NCBI GenBank assembly: GCA_001775055.1
Contig: MFBU01000022.1
Location: 3,278 to 67,277, forward strand
Source: Candidatus Curtissbacteria bacterium RIFCSPLOWO2_02_41_11
GTDB lineage: Bacteria; Patescibacteriota; Microgenomatia; Curtissbacterales; GWA2-41-24
Direction of reading: 5' to 3'
DNA: 64,000 nucleotides
In this document: positions 35,911 through 44,426 of the stretch, one piece after another
Position numbering within the stretch: position 1 is the first letter of the stretch
Layout of the letters: every line of letters starts with the position of its first letter
Translations under genes and position numbers: made by a program
Notes under the pieces: model-generated
The model's input: the letters and a program-made list of their open reading frames with translations, nothing else
The model's database searches: none
What the model was told of the DNA's origin: nothing

Positions 35911-37622
35911 CTAATCTCTAATTCTCCGACATCGAATACACTAGTTCCGTCAAGCCTTGAGATTGTCTTAAGTTTTTGAACCGAAGGTGGGAGCGCATTG
36001 GGTGAAGTAACATACAACACCTTACCGGAAACCGAAGTTTCATTTAAACTGTCTGTGAAGCGTAATTTACCAAAACCGTCAACGTCTATAAAAAAGAATT
36101 TGTCTCTTGTAATTTGAGCGCTTTTCCAATACTCCCGAGGATCAAATTGCATATATAATAAAAAGTAAATGTAAGGTCTTCCTTGAGCTTTAGTCACTAC
36201 CACATAATCAACGTCATTGTATCTTGGTTTAATAAATTCTACCGCTTCTTTGTATCCAAACTGCCACTCTCCTGAATAATTTCTCGGCCAGTGAACATAA
36301 TACATATGCAGATAAAATAAAAAGTTAAAAGTAAAAAGTAAAAAGTAAAAAATTATAAAAAGTTTTTTATATCTAATTACTCGATAAAGATAAAATAAGC
36401 CAAAAGCGGCAAGTATTTGAAAAGTAGGCAAGATATGAATCATCCTGAGCGCATGGGGAGTTTCTCGGGCAGTTGCCGGTCCAAACGGTGAAATAAGAAG
36501 CCAACCAATAATTAAAAAGCGATATTTTTGTTTGGTAGCAAATAAAAAGTAGATACCAGCAAGAATAAATAGTAGATCAACATAATAAAGTTCGCCTACT
36601 TCCTGAACAGAAAGCCTTGGATTAACATCGCCTTTTGTAAAAAGGAACCTCGGATTGAATGAATCAAAATAATGGGTGAGATATTCATATGAATAGAATA
36701 GACGCCGGTTATGAATAATGTCTGACCACCAAGAAAAATTGTCTCTTGCGCGATACCGAATTGAGTCATTAATCGGTTGCAGATCTTTAAAAATAGTTAC
36801 TTCATCAAATCTCAGTCTGCCTTCAATAGTTTGGGTTGTAAAAATAAAAAGAGGCCAAAATAAAATACTAGTAATTAAGGCTGTTATTAAAACAATTTTG
36901 ATTTGGGCAAAAACCTGTTTTCGAAATTGAATCGCTAGTACTAAAAGAATAAAAGGGACAAACAAGCGTTGGCCTGTAAAAGTATACATCCCGGCAAGAA
37001 ACGAAAGAACAGACGGCAAAATCCATAATGGATTATCTTGAGCAAATTTCAGAAACAGCCAAATACCAAGAACTGAGAAAAAAAGACCCAGATTTGCTTC
37101 AAACGCGCCTCTTGAAAATTGAAGATGCCAAGGGGAAATAGCCAGGAAAAAGGCGGATAGTAAAGCAATTGTTTCAGAAGTACTAAAGGTACGAGAAGTA
37201 CCAGAAGTACGAGAGGTTAAGTTCAGAGATTGCTTTTCGTACCTTTCATACTTTTCGTACTTGTGATACTTTTCTACAAAGAGTTTTTTGGCCAGAAAAT
37301 ATGTCAATAAAACTGTCAAAACACCAAAAAAAGCAGATGGAAATCTAATTGTAAATTCAGTTAGGCCAAAGGCGGCAATTGAAGGCACTGTCGCATAGAT
37401 ATAGCCTGGTGGTTTGTAATCACCGAATGCTGCAAAGTTGGTAATTGGTAAAAATTTACCGTGTTCATCATGACCAGTTTTTAAAATTGAGTAGGCATTA
37501 TAACCAAGTGATGCCTCGTCCCAATAAAGAGAAGGTGGAACAGATCCGAGTTTATAAAACCTTAATACTGCCGCAATGAAAATAATAACGATAAGTATAT
37601 ATTTACTTAATTTTTTGGGCAT
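35907..37622 (-). CDS. ArnT/PMT-like GT-C glycosyltransferase, tandem paralog 3 of 5 (carries a repeat-hairpin insert)
   Basis: The motifs 'LYWDEASLGYNAYSILKTGHDEHGKFLPI' and 'ISPWHLQFSRGAFEA' are present. An insert 'KYHKYEKYERYEKQSLNLTSRTSGTSRTFSTSE' lies between the conserved blocks. Confidence 0.65.
   Translation of the reverse strand: MPKKLSKYILIVIIFIAAVLRFYKLGSVPPSLYWDEASLGYNAYSILKTGHDEHGKFLPITNFAAFGDYKPPGYIYATVPSIAAFGLTEFTIRFPSAFFGVLTVLLTYFLAKKLFVEKYHKYEKYERYEKQSLNLTSRTSGTSRTFSTSETIALLSAFFLAISPWHLQFSRGAFEANLGLFFSVLGIWLFLKFAQDNPLWILPSVLSFLAGMYTFTGQRLFVPFILLVLAIQFRKQVFAQIKIVLITALITSILFWPLFIFTTQTIEGRLRFDEVTIFKDLQPINDSIRYRARDNFSWWSDIIHNRRLFYSYEYLTHYFDSFNPRFLFTKGDVNPRLSVQEVGELYYVDLLFILAGIYFLFATKQKYRFLIIGWLLISPFGPATARETPHALRMIHILPTFQILAAFGLFYLYRVIRYKKLFIIFYFLLFTFNFLFYLHMYYVHWPRNYSGEWQFGYKEAVEFIKPRYNDVDYVVVTKAQGRPYIYFLLYMQFDPREYWKSAQITRDKFFFIDVDGFGKLRFTDSLNETSVSGKVLYVTSPNALPPSVQKLKTISRLDGTSVFDVGELEIR
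37176..37274. repeat. Inverted pair of 9-nt tandem repeats (GTACGAGAA-type arms) forming a ~100-nt imperfect hairpin, in-frame within paralog 3
   Basis: The left arm is 'ggtacgagaagtaccagaagtacgagag'. The right arm, 'cttttcgtacctttcatacttttcgtacttgtgatacttttc', is its approximate reverse complement. Confidence 0.5.
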
Positions 37623-37658
37623 GTTTATAAAAATTTATAATTAATCATAACAAATTTG

Positions 37659-38234
37659 CTAATTAAAAAAGATCTCATTACAAATTGAATTCATCTGCCA
37701 ACCGAAAATAAAATACCAGAAAGACATAATTACCAAGAGGATAAATACTATTTTAGCTAATTTTGTTTTTAGAAAAAGATCAATTCCCCAGAGAGAAAAG
37801 CTATACCAGGATATTACCAGAAGAAAAAAAGAGGCTTTTGAACTTAGAGTAAAAATTGCAATAAATGATGCGATTAAAATCAATATAAAATGGAATTTTG
37901 CTAAATACTTTCTTTTTTTAAAAACTTCTAAAAAGGCAGTTACTACTAGAATTAAGCCTACTGGACCTAAAAACTCCCCTAAGAATCTTGGCTGAAAAGT
38001 TGAAGCGAAAGATTTAGATAACTCAAAAATACCAACAGTTACCTTATTGTGAAACAACCTAGAAATATTCCTATCAACTCCCAAATCAGTATTGACATTA
38101 GTTTCAACACTAACTTTTATAGAAAGAGGGTTAAAGTAAAAACTTAAAAACTTTTTGCACCCAGTAGTTTGCCAACCTCTAAATGAAAAAAGAGAGAATA
38201 AAACGATAATAAAAAGAATCTTAATTTTGTCCAT
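37659..38234 (-). CDS. Small hydrophobic protein (191 aa); possible remnant or accessory subunit between ArnT-like paralogs
   Basis: An N-terminal signal-like helix is followed by a ~70-aa hydrophilic stretch and 3 TM helices. No recognisable motif was found. Confidence 0.25.
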   Translation of the reverse strand: MDKIKILFIIVLFSLFSFRGWQTTGCKKFLSFYFNPLSIKVSVETNVNTDLGVDRNISRLFHNKVTVGIFELSKSFASTFQPRFLGEFLGPVGLILVVTAFLEVFKKRKYLAKFHFILILIASFIAIFTLSSKASFFLLVISWYSFSLWGIDLFLKTKLAKIVFILLVIMSFWYFIFGWQMNSICNEIFFN

Positions 38235-39855
38235 TTACCTCCCAGAGGGTGTAAATATGTCTGCCGACTGAATCATCAACGGCAGCCAAAAAATTACCGT
38301 CTACTTTTTTCCATGAGGGAGCAACATAAAGAATTCTTCCCTGCCAGCCGGCAGGCAGGGCTTTATCGTAGATATTGACATCATCTGAAATAAAGACATA
38401 TTTATCGAAAGCATCTCTAGTACCGCCTGAATTTATAAATTTCTGCGGGTCATATTTTTGATAAAAAAGCAGATAGATATACGGTACCTGATTAATGTTG
38501 GTAACATAAACTTTATTAAATTGGTCTTGATATTTTTGCACTTGAGCAACCATTGCTTTGTAACCGTCTTGCCAGTCAGCTGCAAATTTTTTGGGATAGT
38601 GGATCAAAAGTAAATGCAAATAAGTTAAAAATGAATAGCCAATAATCACTATCATTATTATTTTTACTAGCAGCAATTTTTTTTGAGAAAAAATTAAATA
38701 GGCTCCAAATCCCGAAAAGAATGCTAAGGGAATCGCTATCTGGAGAGTTCTGTATGCATGAGGCGAAGGAGTAACAATGATTGCTGGAATGGGCGCTAAA
38801 ATTAACCAAGAAAACATTATTTTTTTTGTTTGCGCATTTAACTTTTTAAAAGCGATAATTGAAACTATCAATAAAATTCCTTCAAATAAATAAATTTGAC
38901 CCATATCGACCTGTGAGTGCCTCCCTATCTGATCACCTTTAAAAAACAAGAAGCTAGGAGAAAAATGATCAATGTAGGTATTAAATGCCAAATAGCTAAA
39001 ATAGAAAGGCCAGTACCAGTACTTTGACAAAAACCTAAGAGGCTTTTTAGACTTCTGATCATAATCAATACGGTTTGTTTCAAATCCGGCATAACTGAAC
39101 GCCGATTGAGAAATTGCTCTAGAGCGACCCTCTTTCGAAATTGTAAAAATTATGATCGGAAAAATTAGTATCAATGCTAAAAGTGCTGGCAATATCAATT
39201 TCGCGGCTATCTTTTTGACAACTTCCAGATAAATTAAAAGAAGTGAAATCACAAATAGAGGTGTAAAAATTCGATAAGCGTGGTAAAAATACATAGATAA
39301 AGTGAAAAGTCCCGCCGTCGCTAAAGCTATGGCGGGCAAGAAAAAGGCAGACCGAGGCTTCGTCTTTCGATCATCGATTAGAAACAAGAAAAAATAAACG
39401 GCAGAAGTTACGAAGAAAAGACCTACGGTTGATTCAAAACCAGCTCTGGAAAACTGTATATGCCAAGGTGAAATTGCCAGAAAAAAAGTACAAAATAGAG
39501 AAAGCCTAATATTTTTAGTCAATTTTTTAACAATAAAGAAAAAGACAATTATGGTCAAAGACCCAAAGAAGGCACTCGGGAAACGAACGGCAAATTCATT
39601 AAGGCCAAAAACAGCAATAGATAGAACTAGAAGATAGTGATAACCTGGCAATTTCCAATCACCGAAACTTTCAAAAAATAACGGCAAAGTAACGCCATGA
39701 TGATCCTTCCCTGTTTTAAGAATTGAATAGGCATCATAACCAAATACGGCTTCATCCCAATAAAGTCCTGGAGGATTGATACCCAATTTATAAAACCTCA
39801 AAATAAAAGCAGTAAATATGATTAAAATTAATAGAGTTATTTGGAATCTCTTCAT
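38221..39855 (-). CDS. ArnT/PMT-like GT-C glycosyltransferase, tandem paralog 4 of 5
   Basis: The motifs 'LYWDEAVFGYDAYSILKTGKDHHGVTLPL' and 'ISPWHIQFSRAGFES' are present, with no large insert. Confidence 0.65.
   Translation of the reverse strand: MKRFQITLLILIIFTAFILRFYKLGINPPGLYWDEAVFGYDAYSILKTGKDHHGVTLPLFFESFGDWKLPGYHYLLVLSIAVFGLNEFAVRFPSAFFGSLTIIVFFFIVKKLTKNIRLSLFCTFFLAISPWHIQFSRAGFESTVGLFFVTSAVYFFLFLIDDRKTKPRSAFFLPAIALATAGLFTLSMYFYHAYRIFTPLFVISLLLIYLEVVKKIAAKLILPALLALILIFPIIIFTISKEGRSRAISQSAFSYAGFETNRIDYDQKSKKPLRFLSKYWYWPFYFSYLAFNTYIDHFSPSFLFFKGDQIGRHSQVDMGQIYLFEGILLIVSIIAFKKLNAQTKKIMFSWLILAPIPAIIVTPSPHAYRTLQIAIPLAFFSGFGAYLIFSQKKLLLVKIIMIVIIGYSFLTYLHLLLIHYPKKFAADWQDGYKAMVAQVQKYQDQFNKVYVTNINQVPYIYLLFYQKYDPQKFINSGGTRDAFDKYVFISDDVNIYDKALPAGWQGRILYVAPSWKKVDGNFLAAVDDSVGRHIYTLWEVNGQN
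39311..39337. repeat. 27-nt GC-rich palindromic motif (CCCGCC-N15-GGCGGG) that is 24/27 identical to 59233-59259 in an unrelated gene
   Basis: 'cccgccgtcgctaaagctatggcgggc' here compares with 'cccgccttcgctaaagcttcggcgggc' at 59233. Both are in-frame and encode PA(I/E)AL(A)(T/K)AG. Confidence 0.5.
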
Positions 39856-39873
39856 TGATGACGCTATTAATTA

Positions 39874-41496
39874 TTAACTACTAACTATATATATCGCCGG
39901 TTCACCGTTAAGATAATAAACGATTTTCAAAATCTTGATATTTGATGGGAATTCTGAAGGTAAACCGACAAATAAAGTTTTAGCCTCTTTTTGTTGTTTA
40001 TCAAAATCAATTGGTTTAAAGAAATATTTGTCGAATTTGTTTTTATCCTCCAAATATCCTCCAGAAACTGTACCGCCTTCAGTAAGATATTTTTGAGGAT
40101 CATACTTGAGGTAATACAGCCAAAATTCGTGTGATTGATCTATTTTAGTTGAAACAATAATTCTATCATAATTATTTTTAACACTTTCACTAAATAATGC
40201 AGCCTCCCTGCGCCCATAAAGCCAGCTCTTGGAGTACTCAATTGGCATATGGACATAATACTGGTGAAGGTAAAAAGCAAAATTTATAAAAAGAGCAGTC
40301 GCAGTTAAAATCAAATACAATCTTTTAAATCTGACATATTTATAAAATATGTAGACTCCAATTGCCGTAAATATTTGGTAAGTTGGCAGATAAATTTCAC
40401 TACGAAGCGCATGCGGTACACCCCAAGTTACCGAAGAGGCAACTGGCGCAATTAAAAACCACCAAAAAATAATTATTTTTGGCTTAGTTTCAAATTTTTT
40501 TCTAATTAAAAAATAGACACCGGCCAAAACAAAGGGTAAATCCCAAAGATAAAGAAGTCCAATCTGTGGGGCATGGTGTCTATCCATGTCGGCAGTAAAA
40601 AATAAATAAGTTGGTTTGAGATGAGAAAGATAGTTTTCGACAAGTATGGGAATATAGACAAAACGGCGGTTGTGAAGAATTCGGCCAACTGTTAACTGAC
40701 CTGATTGCTCATCTTGGGCTATTAACTGCGATGCCTTATATTGCGGTGAAAGATCGGCAAATATCGTAGTTCCTTTATAACGGAGCTGGCCTGAAATTGA
40801 GAAAATGATAGGAATAAGAACTGCTGAAAAAATAATGGCGATTATGGCCGGAACGACTAAGTATTTTTTATTTTTAAGAAGCCAGTCTTTAGAAATAAAT
40901 AAAAGTATAATAGAAAAAATAGGAATAAAAACCCGGGCATTGTGATACATAAAAAGATTAACACCAAAAGCGATAGCTGTAAGAGACATCCAAGCAGTAA
41001 TTCTCAGTCCCTTAGCTCTAATTCCCTTTAAAAAAGCCCAAGTGCCTAAAACAGACCAAAAAATTGCACTATTTGTTTCAAAAGCTACTCTTGAAAATTG
41101 GAGATGCCAAGGAGAGATGGCTAAAAATAATGAAGACAAAAAGGCAATAGTTCTATTTTTGAATAATTCAAAGACCATAAAATAAGTGAAGATAACAGTC
41201 AAAACTCCAAGTGCCGCTGAAGGAAATCTGACAGCAAAGTCATTTAAGCCGAAAGCAGCAATCGAAGGAACAACTAAATATGTGTAAATTGGAGGTTTGT
41301 AATCGTCAAACGATCTAAAAGAAAGTGGCAGTCTATATCCATACTCATCTCTACCTGTTTTTAAAATTGAATAGGCATTATAACCGTGAGCGGTTTCGTC
41401 CCAATTAAGACTCGGAGGATTTTGGCCGAGTTGATAAAATCTAAGGACTGTTGCCAAGATAATAATGAAAATCAAACTGAGATTATTTTTTAACAT
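39874..41496 (-). CDS. ArnT/PMT-like GT-C glycosyltransferase, tandem paralog 5 of 5
   Basis: The motifs 'LNWDETAHGYNAYSILKTGRDEYGYRLPL' and 'ISPWHLQFSRVAFET' are present. Confidence 0.65.
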   Translation of the reverse strand: MLKNNLSLIFIIILATVLRFYQLGQNPPSLNWDETAHGYNAYSILKTGRDEYGYRLPLSFRSFDDYKPPIYTYLVVPSIAAFGLNDFAVRFPSAALGVLTVIFTYFMVFELFKNRTIAFLSSLFLAISPWHLQFSRVAFETNSAIFWSVLGTWAFLKGIRAKGLRITAWMSLTAIAFGVNLFMYHNARVFIPIFSIILLFISKDWLLKNKKYLVVPAIIAIIFSAVLIPIIFSISGQLRYKGTTIFADLSPQYKASQLIAQDEQSGQLTVGRILHNRRFVYIPILVENYLSHLKPTYLFFTADMDRHHAPQIGLLYLWDLPFVLAGVYFLIRKKFETKPKIIIFWWFLIAPVASSVTWGVPHALRSEIYLPTYQIFTAIGVYIFYKYVRFKRLYLILTATALFINFAFYLHQYYVHMPIEYSKSWLYGRREAALFSESVKNNYDRIIVSTKIDQSHEFWLYYLKYDPQKYLTEGGTVSGGYLEDKNKFDKYFFKPIDFDKQQKEAKTLFVGLPSEFPSNIKILKIVYYLNGEPAIYIVSS

Positions 41497-43234
41497 TTGT
41501 TACAATGACTCCAATTGCTAAAAATAACGACCCCAAAGACAAATAATCAGCAAAAAGCCTAAGTGGTGTTTCGCCAAAATTTGCATTAACTTGATGTTTA
41601 CCTTTTGCCAGATTGATAAGCATTAGTCCGGAGGCGTCCTGCTCTTTTTCTAAATGAAGACTCGATGGGTTAGTAATTGTCAAATCATTAAATGCAAACA
41701 GCAGGTTTTTATTATCCCTTACTGAAACTCCCGGAAAATAAAACTTATTGATCCTGATTTGAACATTTTGTGTAAAAACTTCTGCATCAAAAGAGACCCT
41801 GTTTGTTTTAGTCAAAACGTTATAAATATCAGCTTCACCTGATATCCGCTCCACTGTTTTGCCTAAAACAAAACCAATCGGCACCCTGGTTGATTGACGC
41901 CATTCGGGAGTAAATTCGTCATACTGGGTTGCCGTACCTGTATAACTGGAAAAGAACTGATCATCGCGAATTAATATCTGGTTGATGCGTAAGTGATTCC
42001 GATTGGCAACTAAAACAAAAATTATAAGAAAAAGAAAAATTAACCCAGGCTTTATTGTTTTTGCAACAAAAGCAGTTAGAAAAGAAAGTGAAAGTATTGT
42101 TACACCCAGAAATCTCCAAGGAATATCAATTAGTTTAAGAAGGTGAATATGCTGCCAAATAAATAAGGATGGTTTTGTTTGAATCATCAAAGAGATAGTT
42201 ATAAGAAAAATAATAATGAAGAAAAAAGTTAAAATTAGAGGTAGTTGACTAATCTCATCTAAAACAATTTTGCCAATCTTCTCAAAAGGCATAAATTTCT
42301 TTAATACAAAATAGATTATCAAGAAGAGGACTAATGCGAAAATTAAAAGGTGGGCAAGTCCGATCTGAAAAGACATCTGATCATTAACAGTTCCGGGCAA
42401 ATCAAATCCGTAGCCCCACGGCGATCTGATTAGTTGTTTTAAAGTCACAAAATGATTCTCATAGGCCACTTTGATAATTTCATCGAGACGTACAAAATTG
42501 CGCTCAAATATTGAAGGGAGATAAGTGATGGCGGCAATTGCCAGTCCCCACAAACTGGAAATAACGCTATAAATAAAGTATTTTAGGGATTTAAAGTAAA
42601 TCGTTTGAATCAGTATGTAGAAACCTATAACCGGCAGGGTGATCATTGCGACCAAATTTTGCGACAAAAATAAAAGCGCTATGGATAGAGCACAAAGGGC
42701 AACCCATTTAAGATTATTTTTCTGGGCTAGTTTTGTGTATGAGTAAAAAACTAATGGCAAAAAAGTGTAGGCTAAAAGCTCTGAAATTGAGGCACGGACG
42801 TAGATAAGTGAAAATCGATAAGGAGCCCAGACATAAAATAGAGCACCCAAAAATGCAGCCTTTTCGCTTTTGAAAACTTCTTTTAACCACAAATAGGAAA
42901 AAATGGCCGAGAAAATAAATCCTAGGGCCATTAAAATTTCAAAAGAATCGGTAAAGGAAAAACTCAATAAATGAACTAGTGACCCTAAAAAGTAAGGCAA
43001 GGGATAGATATAAACAAAAATCGGACTACCTAATCCATTATAAAATGAACCGGCGAAGCGAGGCGGCAGTTGACCATCGGCGAGGGCCTGGTAATATTGG
43101 GCAATTCTGGCGGTATGGGTCTCGCCATCATGACTGGTATAAAATCCGCCTATTGCCAGACTTTTAAGCGCGGGAATTGAAAGTACCAGAAGTGCAACGA
43201 TTGCCAAAAAGTTGGGATTATACCAAAACTTCAC
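41483..43234 (-). CDS. Large polytopic membrane protein, GT-C-like (YfhO/PTPS-related membrane protein class); family-mate of 58468-60330
   Basis: The motif 'GGFYTSHDGETHTARIAQY' follows TM1. There are about 13 TM helices and a ~180-aa C-terminal extracytoplasmic domain. Confidence 0.4.
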   Translation of the reverse strand: MKFWYNPNFLAIVALLVLSIPALKSLAIGGFYTSHDGETHTARIAQYYQALADGQLPPRFAGSFYNGLGSPIFVYIYPLPYFLGSLVHLLSFSFTDSFEILMALGFIFSAIFSYLWLKEVFKSEKAAFLGALFYVWAPYRFSLIYVRASISELLAYTFLPLVFYSYTKLAQKNNLKWVALCALSIALLFLSQNLVAMITLPVIGFYILIQTIYFKSLKYFIYSVISSLWGLAIAAITYLPSIFERNFVRLDEIIKVAYENHFVTLKQLIRSPWGYGFDLPGTVNDQMSFQIGLAHLLIFALVLFLIIYFVLKKFMPFEKIGKIVLDEISQLPLILTFFFIIIFLITISLMIQTKPSLFIWQHIHLLKLIDIPWRFLGVTILSLSFLTAFVAKTIKPGLIFLFLIIFVLVANRNHLRINQILIRDDQFFSSYTGTATQYDEFTPEWRQSTRVPIGFVLGKTVERISGEADIYNVLTKTNRVSFDAEVFTQNVQIRINKFYFPGVSVRDNKNLLFAFNDLTITNPSSLHLEKEQDASGLMLINLAKGKHQVNANFGETPLRLFADYLSLGSLFLAIGVIVTNVKK

Positions 43235-43275
43235 TCCTTGGAAATTCTAGCACAATTAACATAGATGGTAGAAAA

Positions 43276-44349
43276 TCAATCAGGATAAATAACTTTACCT
43301 TGTGGTTTACCTGAAAACCTGCCGTTTTCAAAAATTATTTGGCCGCGAAGAACAACTTTTTTAATCTCTCCCCTGCCTTCTAATCCAACAAATGGTGTCC
43401 AGCCGCATTTGGTGAATAAACCTTTTTTGGAAATTTTATATCTTTCTTCCAAATTGACAGTCATAAAAGTGTTTGGTTGGGCTGGGAGATGGAAAATTTT
43501 GCGGGGATTAGTTGAGGTCATTTCAACCAGTCTCCCAATTGAAATTTTTCCACGAGCTACAGCTTCAAGCATTAAAGGCAGAGTCGTTTCCAGTCCAGGG
43601 ACGCCAAATTTTGGAGATGATTGATCATACTTTTCTTCAAGAGTATGAGGGGCATGATCCGTCGAGATCATGTCAATTTCCGACAAATTCATCCAGAGTT
43701 TTTGTTGGTCACTTTTTGACAAGAGAGGCGGCTTCATCATACCTAAAGGACCAAGCCTTTTGAGATCACTTCTATTTAAAAACAGATGGTGAGGACAGAC
43801 CTCACAGGTGATTTTTAATCCTTCTTTCCTGGCTTTTTTAATGGCTTTTAGTTGGTTTGCAGTCATATGACAGATATGAATTTTACGTTTATATTTTTTT
43901 GCCAGTCTTATGGCCACTTCGACTAATTCATCTTCTGCGTGAACCATAGTTGGCAGATTGCTTAGCCAAGATTTGAAAATTAAATCTTGTTCCTGGAGTT
44001 TATTGACAAGCAATGGGCCTGTTGTTTGGCTCATGTAAATCTTCAGGCCGAAAGTTTTTTTGTAGACTTTTGGGAAATATCTTGTGGAATCGACAGTTGC
44101 TCCAAAATTAAAGCCTAGGTCACACCAAATTTTGCCTTTGGATACTCTGATCTTTTCCTGTAGTCTAGCAGGTGTGGTTGTTGGATTGACATTATTTGGC
44201 ATATCCAAAATCTGGGTATAACCACCGGCCACTGCCGCGCGGGTTCCAGACTCAAAATCTTCTTTATAAGTAGCTCCGGGTTCACGAAGGTGAACATGCA
44301 CGTCCACTAAGCCGGGCAATTTAATAATGTCTTCTTTTTTAACAATCAT
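43276..44349 (-). CDS. pyrC: Dihydroorotase (cyclic amidohydrolase superfamily)
   Basis: 'LPGLVDVHVHLREPG' is the HxH metal-binding signature of dihydroorotases. It is followed by '...HICHMT...' and '...DHAPH', and the size is about 357 aa. Confidence 0.65.
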   Translation of the reverse strand: MIVKKEDIIKLPGLVDVHVHLREPGATYKEDFESGTRAAVAGGYTQILDMPNNVNPTTTPARLQEKIRVSKGKIWCDLGFNFGATVDSTRYFPKVYKKTFGLKIYMSQTTGPLLVNKLQEQDLIFKSWLSNLPTMVHAEDELVEVAIRLAKKYKRKIHICHMTANQLKAIKKARKEGLKITCEVCPHHLFLNRSDLKRLGPLGMMKPPLLSKSDQQKLWMNLSEIDMISTDHAPHTLEEKYDQSSPKFGVPGLETTLPLMLEAVARGKISIGRLVEMTSTNPRKIFHLPAQPNTFMTVNLEERYKISKKGLFTKCGWTPFVGLEGRGEIKKVVLRGQIIFENGRFSGKPQGKVIYPD

Positions 44350-44426
44350 TTTTTAAACATTTATCCTGCAAGAACTATTATATCAACAGGTGCCAGTCTA
44401 TCTCTTTTGTTATAATTTTAGAGTTC
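44350..44426 (+). promoter_or_regulatory. Divergent promoter region; an extended -10 (TGTTATAAT) lies 10 nt before the ATG of the 44427 gene, so that gene may be near-leaderless
   Basis: 'ttttgttataattttagagttcATG' is seen directly, with no SD-like purine run. Confidence 0.3.

Noticed and set aside
36320-36360. (AAAAGT)n hexamer tandem in paralog 3
   Set aside because: It is in-frame, with a 6-nt unit, and encodes a hydrophobic F/L/Y TM-helix stretch. It is consistent with AT-rich codon bias in a TM segment rather than a distinct element. Length variation would not frameshift.
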